Origin: an uncultured virus (IMG/VR IMGVR_UViG_3300032213_002933)
Lineage: Duplodnaviria; Heunggongvirae; Uroviricota; Caudoviricetes
Length of the DNA: 64,000 nucleotides
Direction: 5' to 3' (one strand)
Virus record (IMG/VR): IMGVR_UViG_3300032213_002933
Shown here: positions 9,125 to 16,681 of the stretch, piece after piece
How positions within the stretch are numbered: the stretch's first letter is position 1
Layout: each line of letters starts with the position of its first letter
The notes under the pieces: generated by a model
Databases searched by the model: none
Told to the model about the DNA's origin: nothing
What the model saw: only the letters and a program-made list of their open reading frames with translations
Program-made: the position numbers and the translations under genes

Positions 9125-9790
9125 TTACCTATAATTTTGCGTAATTGGATACGGCATGGCTTTTAATATCTTACTTGAGTTAAAGAAACATAGTGGGTGA
9201 AATATTTCTAATAAAATCTCACCCCATTCGATTGGATAACCTGTATGAACTGTATCAGCTGCTTCTCTTGAATGTTTAGCTGGACTTTTAATTAGACTTT
9301 CTAATTTAGAATCCATTATTCCTAATAATGTTTCATACCAAACTTTAGTAAAAAATGTATTTGGTTTAAATATATACAAATCATTAGTCACTAAGTAGGG
9401 CCAATATTTTCCTAGCCACGGACGCTGCTTTACGGTTACTGATAGTTCTCCCTCATCTTCTGGGGCACCAATGCCAAATGCGTCAGAAGATTCAAGTTGA
9501 TCAAAGTATGGGTTCCAGTCCCAGGCGCATGGCTTAATATCGCTATACCCTCCACCATGGTGGTGCATAAAGTATGTTCTTAAGTAGTCTGCCTTATGAA
9601 CATCCGAAAGGTATCTGAATCCCTCATGGAGAGGATGCTCTGGAAGAATGTAGTCAGCAAGATTGTCATTATCAACTAATATAACATTTACTTGAGAATT
9701 ATTAATTAATGAGTTTAATCCATTAACTCTATTTTCATTCATAACTGTATTATTATGGCCGACCCAAAAACAATATATATTTCTTTTCAT
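9125..9790 (-). CDS. GT32 / capsular polysaccharide synthesis-type glycosyltransferase
   Basis: IYCFW start, HKADYLR...HHGGGYSDIK. Confidence 0.8.
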   Translation of the reverse strand: MKRNIYCFWVGHNNTVMNENRVNGLNSLINNSQVNVILVDNDNLADYILPEHPLHEGFRYLSDVHKADYLRTYFMHHHGGGYSDIKPCAWDWNPYFDQLESSDAFGIGAPEDEGELSVTVKQRPWLGKYWPYLVTNDLYIFKPNTFFTKVWYETLLGIMDSKLESLIKSPAKHSREAADTVHTGYPIEWGEILLEIFHPLCFFNSSKILKAMPYPITQNYR

Positions 9791-9808
9791 TTTTTATCCT
9801 TTATTTTG

Positions 9809-9899
9809 CGGAGAGGGTGGGATTTGAACCCACGGGTACCTTTTCAGATACCGACATCTTAGCAGGATGTTCCATTCAACCGTACTCTGGCACCTCTCC
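9809..9899 (-). tRNA. tRNA-Ser (anticodon GCT), long variable arm, CCA not encoded
   Basis: Acceptor stem GGAGAGG/CCTCTCC with discriminator G; anticodon arm ACATC-CTGCTAA-GATGT; T arm GTGGG-TTCAAAT-CCCAC. Confidence 0.95.
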
Positions 9900-9907
9900 T
9901 AAATTAA

Positions 9908-10666
9908 TCAGGGAACTAGGCCAGGCTTTTCTACGTCTTCTACCATTCTAGTTCTGCTCCACGCTCCACATGAATTACAGTACCACTGTTGATAGGTGGC
10001 TACCTGAGTGTATCGTTGTCCACGACGCTGCAGATCATCTGATCCACATGTTGGACAACAGCTTTCTCCGGAGTATACATTAAGGTTTGGATGATTGGCC
10101 ATCCATGGTCTCAGCTTCATGTATACATTACGCAACAAGTCAACGTCTTGCTTCGCATACTTTGTCATTGTCTTCCATGCCTTCATGTCTCCACGCATGC
10201 ATCCAGCCCATGTAGCAAAGCCGCCTGTATCTACCTTAGCACCTACACCTAGGTGCTTGCCAAGGTTATCCAATTTATTGCTATTGAACATAAAGTATCT
10301 TCTAGCAGATTTCAACGTATCAATTTGTTTTACTGGCGAGACCGGTCCAAAATTATGGTACACGAATCTTGCATTAGCTTTGCGCATATCAAATCTATCG
10401 CCGTTGTGTGCAATAACAATATCAGCTTCGTCTAAAAGGTCCCACAATTTCTTTGCAACGTGCACGTCATTTTCTGGATCTTTTGCGTAGGTATCTGGGA
10501 AGTCTACTAAAGCACAGACTTGTGTTTTAGTTTCGTGCTCCCATCTATAGGAGACGCATAGTAAATACCATTCACGTTCATGTTCAATAACATTTTGTTC
10601 AAAGTGCCCCCAAACATAACTCAAGTTTGGTGCAGTTTCTATATCATAATAAAGTATCTTTGCCAT
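9908..10666 (-). CDS. DnaQ/RNase H-like (YprB-type) 3'-5' exonuclease with C-terminal Zn ribbon
   Basis: YDIET, AHNGDRFD, IDTL, YAKQDV; CPTC...CNSC. Start taken at MAKILYY. Confidence 0.8.
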   Translation of the reverse strand: MAKILYYDIETAPNLSYVWGHFEQNVIEHEREWYLLCVSYRWEHETKTQVCALVDFPDTYAKDPENDVHVAKKLWDLLDEADIVIAHNGDRFDMRKANARFVYHNFGPVSPVKQIDTLKSARRYFMFNSNKLDNLGKHLGVGAKVDTGGFATWAGCMRGDMKAWKTMTKYAKQDVDLLRNVYMKLRPWMANHPNLNVYSGESCCPTCGSDDLQRRGQRYTQVATYQQWYCNSCGAWSRTRMVEDVEKPGLVP

Positions 10667-10724
10667 ATATGCCTGTTTCAGTCTGGCTTGCGCATTAAAT
10701 TGCTCTAAACTATTATAACACAAA

Positions 10725-10763
10725 TGGTGGCGCAGTGCTCTCTAAAGTCACACCGCACCACCA
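10725..10763 (-). terminator. 13-bp GC-rich hairpin with G-U pairs (terminator or small RNA)
   Basis: TGGTGGTGCGGTG / CACTGCGCCACCA followed by TTTGTGTT. Confidence 0.5.
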
Positions 10764-10778
10764 CTTTATAATAGTAAT

Positions 10779-10988
10779 TTATTTATTAACTGTTTTTAAA
10801 ATTAAAAAGAATAATTTCTGTAGTTGTTCTTCGGTAGTGCTAAAAATCATTTCTTGATTATCTCCAAACGTCAATTTTATCACATGCCCCTTGATTAATC
10901 CACCCTCTGTTGTTATCATTGAAGTTGATGGAGTAATTTCTATATTCTTCATTGCTGGCATAAAACCAGCGAAGGTCATGTCATCCAT
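10779..10988 (-). CDS. Hypothetical protein
   Basis: ORF translationally coupled (TAATG) to the upstream peptide. Confidence 0.65.
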   Translation of the reverse strand: MDDMTFAGFMPAMKNIEITPSTSMITTEGGLIKGHVIKLTFGDNQEMIFSTTEEQLQKLFFLILKTVNK

Positions 10989-11149
10989 TATTTTTTCTTT
11001 TTTCTAGCTACCGCCATATTATCAATTAAATTTGGATAAGGTCGGCCAGCTGCCTTAGCTCGAGCTTTAGCTTTAGCTTTTAGTTTAGTTCCTAATTTTT
11101 TTGATTTCTTAATGGGAGATGGAGTATTCCAAATTTTTTTCTCTGCCAT
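10988..11149 (-). CDS. 53-aa Lys/Ala-rich basic peptide (not in the ORF track)
   Basis: MAEKKIWNTPSPIKKSKKLGTKLKAKAKARAKAAGRPYPNLIDNMAVARKKKK; TAATG overlaps at both ends. Confidence 0.8.
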   Translation of the reverse strand: MAEKKIWNTPSPIKKSKKLGTKLKAKAKARAKAAGRPYPNLIDNMAVARKKKK

Positions 11150-11265
11150 TACTTTTTTCTTTTCTTTAAATTTTTTTCATAATCATCTTTATAAAACTGA
11201 CCTTTGTTTTTTTTATCTTTTTCAATTTCTTTTTTAATTTTATCAGATGCTTTTTTCGCTGTCAT
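11149..11265 (-). CDS. 38-aa Lys-rich peptide (not in the ORF track)
   Basis: MTAKKASDKIKKEIEKDKKNKGQFYKDDYEKKFKEKKK; fills the gap exactly, TAATG coupling. Confidence 0.7.
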   Translation of the reverse strand: MTAKKASDKIKKEIEKDKKNKGQFYKDDYEKNLKKRKK

Positions 11266-11267
11266 AA

Positions 11268-11573
11268 TTAACTCTTATCTTGATCGTAAATTTGATATCC
11301 GCTATCTGTAGGTTTTGTTTCCTTGTCCTTCAAACCATTTGCTGCAAGAACTCCTGACAAACATCCTGAAAGGAATAGAACTATTGGAACTAACAGGGAA
11401 TCAATAAAAGCTTTGTCATTGGGACTTTGTTGGTCAATCGGCTGGGTAACGAATACTAAAGCATACATTACTCCACAAACAATAACCATAAATGTAAATG
11501 CTAAAGTTGCACCCACAAATAAAACCATACGAGCTTTTATTTCACTATTTGTATATCTTTTCTTTTCATTCAT
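11268..11573 (-). CDS. Two-TM membrane protein (holin-like, lysis cassette)
   Basis: Two hydrophobic helices; ATGA overlap with the upstream lipoprotein gene. Confidence 0.65.
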   Translation of the reverse strand: MNEKKRYTNSEIKARMVLFVGATLAFTFMVIVCGVMYALVFVTQPIDQQSPNDKAFIDSLLVPIVLFLSGCLSGVLAANGLKDKETKPTDSGYQIYDQDKS

Positions 11574-11761
11574 TGAGGAACACTCCCATATATATCTTCT
11601 GGACATGTTCCAGAAGCTGTACAAATTGGTGGTTTACAATCCGCACTCTCCCAATTAGTTGGATCCTGACATGGATACCTATACGAATCACTGCATCCGC
11701 TTAATAATCCCATGCAAAATGCACCTAACACAGCTGCTAATAGTAAAATTGCTCTACGCAT
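11570..11761 (-). CDS. Small Cys-rich lipoprotein
   Basis: MRRAILLLAAVLGAFCMGLLSG-C lipobox; four further Cys. Confidence 0.7.
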   Translation of the reverse strand: MRRAILLLAAVLGAFCMGLLSGCSDSYRYPCQDPTNWESADCKPPICTASGTCPEDIYGSVPQ

Positions 11762-12573
11762 CAGCCAAACATCTTCTTCCAAGTCACGGGACCCACGGAG
11801 CCGTCGGCAGTTAGGCCGTTAGCAGTCTGCCATGCCTTGAGCGAGGCAACGGACTTAGGTCCGAAATCGCCATCGGCTTTTGCGCCAATGATTGCCTGAA
11901 CCAAAGAAGCTGGTGCGCCCTTAGATCCAAGACCTACTGGAGTGCCTGGATAATCAAACTTCATGCCACCACCAGCGGGTGCTGGTGCAGCAGGGGCTGC
12001 TGCCGGAGCAGCCTGTACTGAACCGTCTGGTGATGCATCACCGAGGCAGTACTGCCAGTGCCAAGCTTCAAACTCTTTAGAGGCAGGGTTATCTCCCTGA
12101 AGGTAGAAACCATACTTGGGGGCGTTTTCGCACATCCATTGGAAGGCAGGGACATTAAGGCCAAATGAAGCGGTCTTACCACCCTGGTCGTAACCAAGGT
12201 CAATGGCAAGGCCCCAACCGTGGTTAGAACCCTTAAGACCAGTTGGGTCTGGAGCAGCTGAAGGAGCTTTGCCCTTCTTCAACCACCAGGTCTTACCTTC
12301 ATATTGACGGGTTACGCCAGTGCCAGTATCAGTTGTCACATAACGATCCATAAACATTGACAACTGGCCCTGGAATGAACGATAGTCGCCAACGTTCTTT
12401 AACTTGATTCCAGCAGCAAGTGCAGCATCATATAGCTTATTGAATTCTGCTGCGACTGGTGCATACATCTTTCCGCCGGTTTTGATTGAGGCAAGAACAC
12501 TGTCAGCCAATTGGCCATTCTTAAACTGCTTAAGAGCAGTGGGTACTACAAGTTTGATAAAAGGTAAACTCAT
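11761..12573 (-). CDS. Endolysin: M15/VanY-type D-Ala-D-Ala peptidase plus C-terminal peptidoglycan-binding domain
   Basis: YRS..Q, SNHGWGLAID, EAWHWQY; DGDFGPKS...WQ..NGLTADGSVGPVTW. Confidence 0.9.
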   Translation of the reverse strand: MSLPFIKLVVPTALKQFKNGQLADSVLASIKTGGKMYAPVAAEFNKLYDAALAAGIKLKNVGDYRSFQGQLSMFMDRYVTTDTGTGVTRQYEGKTWWLKKGKAPSAAPDPTGLKGSNHGWGLAIDLGYDQGGKTASFGLNVPAFQWMCENAPKYGFYLQGDNPASKEFEAWHWQYCLGDASPDGSVQAAPAAAPAAPAPAGGGMKFDYPGTPVGLGSKGAPASLVQAIIGAKADGDFGPKSVASLKAWQTANGLTADGSVGPVTWKKMFG

Positions 12574-12689
12574 TTATTAATCTCCTATTTTGGTATCTAT
12601 TATAATAGTAGTGCATTATTCAAAAGTTGGCCAAGTGGTTACTGTACGATATTTTGACCAAGCTAACGTGATCATTTTGGCATAAAAAT

Positions 12690-13391
12690 CTATATACGTT
12701 TTAATATTTCAGTAACTTTTCGCGTTGGTGGAATAACTGGCGCAAATATCCTAGTCCCTAGTGCGTACGCATTAGATCCTGAACCTATTAGCTCAACAGA
12801 GTGCCAGTAAAGTTTGAAATAAGCTCCTATTGATACGTTTAACTTAGACTCTAGCTGTTTTTGATTTTTCACTGAATCTGGGGACATTTCCACATGTATG
12901 TGCTTAAGTCCCACGCTATCTCCACCATGACTTCTATGGGACTCTAGGTTCCACCGTTTCCAGCCGGTAGGAGCAAATGCCTCCTGGACGTTATCTCTAC
13001 TGCATCTGTATCCTGCGCCATAACCTAAGGAACTACCTCTACCACTGCCATCATATCTGGCCATTGTTCCCCATACATATAGTCCAATATAATCATGAAT
13101 CTCTTCTACTCCAAGATAATCTCTATACATATACAAGTAGTTGATCAGATTCCAATTTCTTTCCTCAAAACCACTTGAGAGCCATGTATTAGTATTGTAG
13201 TCATAGCAACGAATGTCGAAGCATCTTCCTGTAGCATGAACTGAAGTTATAGAGGAATCTGCGCTTACTGTGCCAACTTTCTTCATACCAAAAAAATAAC
13301 TAAGAAAATTAACCATACTTTCCGTAGCAGGGTTCTCTCTGCTTACCCTACCTTTTAAGTCAGTAGTTCCAGTGTATTTTCTTACAGCCAT
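12690..13391 (-). CDS. Second M15-like (Hedgehog/DD-peptidase fold) Zn peptidase
   Basis: SVHATGRCFD and HIHVE metal-ligand motifs. Confidence 0.65.
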   Translation of the reverse strand: MAVRKYTGTTDLKGRVSRENPATESMVNFLSYFFGMKKVGTVSADSSITSVHATGRCFDIRCYDYNTNTWLSSGFEERNWNLINYLYMYRDYLGVEEIHDYIGLYVWGTMARYDGSGRGSSLGYGAGYRCSRDNVQEAFAPTGWKRWNLESHRSHGGDSVGLKHIHVEMSPDSVKNQKQLESKLNVSIGAYFKLYWHSVELIGSGSNAYALGTRIFAPVIPPTRKVTEILKRI

Positions 13392-13394
13392 AAA

Positions 13395-13601
13395 TCATTT
13401 CTTCTTTTTATTAGTGATTTTCTTTAATGTCTTAGCGAGATTTGCCTGCTGCACAGTTAGTTTGCTGTATCTGCCTGGATTTTTAGTAACTGCCGTAGCA
13501 AATCCTGCTGGAGTTTTACCAGCTTTTTTAGCTTTAGCAGTGAATGCTCCAGGTCTTTTAATGGCTTTTTGAATCCATTTTTTATCAGCTGGCTTTGCCA
13601 T
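13395..13601 (-). CDS. Small basic protein
   Basis: KWIQKAIKRPGAF...ANLAKTLKK; very Lys/Ala-rich. Confidence 0.75.
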   Translation of the reverse strand: MAKPADKKWIQKAIKRPGAFTAKAKKAGKTPAGFATAVTKNPGRYSKLTVQQANLAKTLKKITNKKKK

Positions 13602-15000
13602 ATTTTCTAGTCCTTCGATTAAATATAAATATTGCTATACCTATAGTAATCAAAAACGCGCCGATACTCATAGATGAACTACCGTCTTGCCCTGTTGTTG
13701 GAAGTGGGCTCTGCGGAGTATCTTGTGACCCATGATCATGACTACTGTGGTCGTGAACTGTTGTTGTGGTTTCCTCCACGATTATTTGTGGTACTGTTGT
13801 AACATTAATAATAGTAGTTGTAGTTTCGGGTTCAGTTACGACAGGGGCTTGAGTTGTAGTTGTTTCGGGAACTGTAGCTAAGGGGATAGTCGTGGGAGCA
13901 ATTGTCGTTGTTGCGATAGTAGTAGTGGGGGCTGGTGCATTCCATGAAACCGTAATTGACACAACTTTAACTACACCATTAACCGTTGCACTAGCTGTGT
14001 AAACAGCTGTGCCCTGTGATGCAGTATTAACGGTAATGTTAGCCACTCCACTTGCGTTAGTTGTTGCGGTAAAAGTTTGCCCTAAATCTGGACCAGAGAA
14101 AACTGTCATTGATACTGTAACGCCAGCCTGAGGAACGCCAGCTAAAGTTTGAGCCGTTGCTGTAATAATAATTGGCTCACCTGCACGAGGGGTTGCAGGG
14201 CTGTAAGAAAGAACAAAAGAACTAGGAAGGGAAACACTTCCTCCACCAATAGAAACAGCCTTTCTAGAGTCAGACGCTTCTGGATATGGGTAGTCGACAA
14301 GAGTCTTTAATGTTCCTACATTGCCGGTGAAATACCCATGCCAGCATGCAGCTACAAGTGTATTTGTTAAACCAAAATCGTTTACCCCATCAGTTGTGGC
14401 TTCTGGTCCACCATTGCACCCTCCATTGTTATAGATAGCGCCAGGTAAAAGTGCAGTCAGCCAACCGTACGATCCCATGTTTGCGAACAGACCGCCACCA
14501 CCATTAACAAAGTCAGCTATTTTTTCTGCATTGGCTGTAAATATGGCTTCAGTGCCGGATGAGCGACTCCAGTTATCTGGTATCCATAATACAGCTGGAG
14601 GATTAGAAGTAATTGTAGTACTGAAGAAAGTGCTTATTTGTGAATCTGTAATATAAAAATCAATTATAGGAGCAGTAGGAAATTCAGCTAAAAACTGTGC
14701 ACTTAATTGACTGGCCCAGTTAGCTCCACATGAAGTGGTTGTTGCGTTAGATCCGACAATTGCAATGTGACCATTGTTTAGATTTCGCGCACCATCATGA
14801 ACCTTTTTAAGAACCTTGGCTATGTATTGCCCAGTGCTTTCCCACCCTGAGTGACAAACTGGATCCATTCCATCCAATACGATTGGTCCACCGCCGCCAC
14901 TAGTAGCCAATGCTACTGATGAGTTGCTAGCTGGATTTAAAAATAATCCAATACCTAGAATGATTAATAATACTGATAAAATATTTTTGAATTTAGACAT
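13585..15000 (-). CDS. LPXTG cell-wall-anchored surface protein with Big_1-like Ig domain
   Basis: N-terminal signal peptide; Ig-like segment (ITATAQTLAGVPQAGVTVSMTV...TNASGVA); Thr-rich stalk; HDHSSHDH; LPTTG followed by a TM helix and RRTRK. Confidence 0.85.
   Translation of the reverse strand: MSKFKNILSVLLIILGIGLFLNPASNSSVALATSGGGGPIVLDGMDPVCHSGWESTGQYIAKVLKKVHDGARNLNNGHIAIVGSNATTTSCGANWASQLSAQFLAEFPTAPIIDFYITDSQISTFFSTTITSNPPAVLWIPDNWSRSSGTEAIFTANAEKIADFVNGGGGLFANMGSYGWLTALLPGAIYNNGGCNGGPEATTDGVNDFGLTNTLVAACWHGYFTGNVGTLKTLVDYPYPEASDSRKAVSIGGGSVSLPSSFVLSYSPATPRAGEPIIITATAQTLAGVPQAGVTVSMTVFSGPDLGQTFTATTNASGVANITVNTASQGTAVYTASATVNGVVKVVSITVSWNAPAPTTTIATTTIAPTTIPLATVPETTTTQAPVVTEPETTTTIINVTTVPQIIVEETTTTVHDHSSHDHGSQDTPQSPLPTTGQDGSSSMSIGAFLITIGIAIFIFNRRTRKYGKAS
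13814..13875 (-). repeat. 62-bp repeat copy B (inverted relative to 3581-3642)
   Basis: Encodes the same peptide TVPETTTTQAPVVTEPETTT; three synonymous differences from copy A. Confidence 0.95.
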
Positions 15001-15052
15001 ATCTCCCTCAATTTTTTAACTTGTCCGCAGGAGATATAGTAATGGCACAAAT

Positions 15053-15085
15053 AAAAAAAAGGGCTATGACATGTAGCCATAGCCC
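15053..15085 (-). terminator. Intrinsic terminator
   Basis: GGGCTATGGC-TACAT-GTCATAGCCC followed by T8. Confidence 0.85.
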
Positions 15086-15106
15086 TTTTCAGTTAAAACG
15101 ATTAGA

Positions 15107-15241
15107 TTACATCTTCTTCTTTTTCTTAGCTATTGCAGCCTGAATAAAGGGTGGAAGTTTCTTTTGTGCTGCTGTAAGACCAGCTGTCTTTTTTGAAGCT
15201 GTCTTCTTAGGTGCAGCTGCTTTCTTTTTCATCATTGCCAT
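15107..15241 (-). CDS. 44-aa Lys/Ala-rich peptide, histone-H1-tail-like composition (not in the ORF track)
   Basis: MAMMKKKAAAPKKTASKKTAGLTAAQKKLPPFIQAAIAKKKKKM; AAGGA ribosome-binding site. Confidence 0.8.
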   Translation of the reverse strand: MAMMKKKAAAPKKTASKKTAGLTAAQKKLPPFIQAAIAKKKKKM

Positions 15242-15282
15242 AATTTTATTCCTTTGTCTTAAACTAAGACTGAAAATCAATT

Positions 15283-15399
15283 TCAGTACATTTTATTTCT
15301 GCCCATTTTCTTAGAACCACTCATTTTCTTTGAGCCGTTCATTTTTTTCGGAGCACCCATTTTCTTGGAACCCGCAGCTTTCTTTTTCATCATTGCCAT
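15283..15399 (-). CDS. 38-aa Lys/Met/Gly-rich repeat peptide (not in the ORF track)
   Basis: MAMMKKKAAGSKKMGAPKKMNGSKKMSGSKKMGRNKMY; GAGGGG ribosome-binding site. Confidence 0.75.
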   Translation of the reverse strand: MAMMKKKAAGSKKMGAPKKMNGSKKMSGSKKMGRNKMY

Positions 15400-15401
15400 A
15401 A

Positions 15402-15668
15402 TTACACCCCCTCTACTTTCTTCTTTCCTTCAGTAGATTTCTTATAATGCCACATCATGTGACCCTGCATTTGATCGTCAACTTTGTCGACCTGCTCATC
15501 TACGTGATCTATTTTTGAATGAAGATCAATGATTTGATCCTTAACCTCTAGTAAGACAGAAGCTACTGTGTTATGATCACTTTTATTTTCTTTACGACTT
15601 CTTTGAATGAGTACAACTAGTGGCCCCAAAATTACAGCTGAAATGATTGTAGACCAGAAAGCTGACAT
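15402..15668 (-). CDS. N-terminal TM plus coiled-coil protein (possible holin or lysis accessory)
   Basis: Hydrophobic N-terminus, heptad-like C-terminal half. Confidence 0.6.
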   Translation of the reverse strand: MSAFWSTIISAVILGPLVVLIQRSRKENKSDHNTVASVLLEVKDQIIDLHSKIDHVDEQVDKVDDQMQGHMMWHYKKSTEGKKKVEGV

Positions 15669-15671
15669 GAT

Positions 15672-15959
15672 TCACCACTTTACTTTATTGGCCCAAAAGG
15701 CAGCAGAGAGCTTACCTTTGGCAATGTTTGCTGCGTGGCGTGCTTTGAAAGACTTTCTTCTAGCTGCGTTCGATGCAGATTCACCCTTTTTTGCGGGGGA
15801 ACCAGATACGCCCTGCTGTCCAAAGCGGATAGTCTTAACTTGATCTCCAGACTTAGCCACAACTACATGTGACTTAGTAGGGTGACTTGGCGTTCTTTTA
15901 GGCTTATTATAACCAGTAACGCCAGCTTTAGTTAACCGTGAATCTTTTTTCGCCGCCAT
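15672..15959 (-). CDS. Basic phage protein of a widespread family, function unknown
   Basis: YNKPKRTP..KSHVV..K..RFGQ...RRKSFKARH...SAAFWA..W pattern. Confidence 0.75.
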   Translation of the reverse strand: MAAKKDSRLTKAGVTGYNKPKRTPSHPTKSHVVVAKSGDQVKTIRFGQQGVSGSPAKKGESASNAARRKSFKARHAANIAKGKLSAAFWANKVKW

Positions 15960-16069
15960 TATTTCTTCTTTCTAGCTTTACGTTTTTTGCCTAGAACTGG
16001 ACCAGTGCTTTTTTGGTTATTTGTACCCATGCGAGGACCACTAATATAAATTGACTTTTTAAAAGCCAT
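15959..16069 (-). CDS. 36-aa basic peptide (not in the ORF track)
   Basis: MAFKKSIYISGPRMGTNNQKSTGPVLGKKRKARKKK; TAATG coupling to the next gene. Confidence 0.7.
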   Translation of the reverse strand: MAFKKSIYISGPRMGTNNQKSTGPVLGKKRKARKKK

Positions 16070-16071
16070 AA

Positions 16072-16221
16072 TCACTTCTGCTTTTTAGCGTTTTTCCAGT
16101 GATCTGAATACTTGGTATCTGTCTTTGGAAAATCTTGGACATTCATTACTGCGTCCTTTAGATATTTGTACTGATTTTTTTCTGAAGAAGTTTTACTTCC
16201 CCACCCTTTATCCTTAGCCAT
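16072..16221 (-). CDS. 49-aa peptide (not in the ORF track)
   Basis: MAKDKGWGSKTSSEKNQYKYLKDAVMNVQDFPKTDTKYSDHWKNAKKQK; AGGTAGG ribosome-binding site; first gene after a TTACTAT motif. Confidence 0.7.
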   Translation of the reverse strand: MAKDKGWGSKTSSEKNQYKYLKDAVMNVQDFPKTDTKYSDHWKNAKKQK

Positions 16222-16271
16222 GATGACCTACCTTGTATAATAGTGTAATATGTATAGTAATCCCATATAGC

Positions 16272-16294
16272 AAAAAAGAGAGGCAGCGCCTCTC
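16272..16294 (-). terminator. Intrinsic terminator
   Basis: GAGAGGC-GCT-GCCTCTC followed by T6. Confidence 0.75.
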
Positions 16295-16312
16295 AATTTT
16301 GTTTGTAATATA

Positions 16313-16639
16313 TTACTTTTTATTTGGTGGAGACTTCTTAGGGGCTTGAGCCTTGCTCTTGTCAGATGTTGACCCACCCTTTGGTCTTCCGGCCTTTTTC
16401 TTTTGTGGCACTTTGTCCACTGAAGGCGCAGCCTTAGCAACTGGGGATGCCTTAGATGAGTCACTGGGTGTGATCTTAATGTCTGCAGCCTTAGAATTCA
16501 CCGAGGTAGTAGGAGTTGTCCATATGATCGGCTTATCTTCCTTGACGTTAGTCTTGTCATCTAAATCATATCCACCAAGTTTTGCAGGTGACTTTTTAAA
16601 TAGTATTTTTCTTGCCATTTTTTTAATTAGTTTTATCAT
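16313..16639 (-). CDS. Lys/Pro-rich disordered basic protein with an AT-hook-like KKAGRPK motif
   Basis: Composition and GRP core. Confidence 0.6.
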   Translation of the reverse strand: MIKLIKKMARKILFKKSPAKLGGYDLDDKTNVKEDKPIIWTTPTTSVNSKAADIKITPSDSSKASPVAKAAPSVDKVPQKKKAGRPKGGSTSDKSKAQAPKKSPPNKK

Positions 16640-16681
16640 TATTTTTGTCCTTTTTTTAGTATGTTAGCTAACTTTTATTTA

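Noticed and set aside
12616..12675. 19-codon ORF (MITLAWSKYRTVTTWPTFE) or frameshift extension of the M15-like gene
   Set aside because: No clear ribosome-binding site or canonical slippery sequence; too short to support
3581..13875. 62-bp repeat pair as a DGR template/variable repeat
   Set aside because: Mismatches are synonymous and not adenine-specific, both copies are mid-gene, and there is no reverse transcriptase in the window
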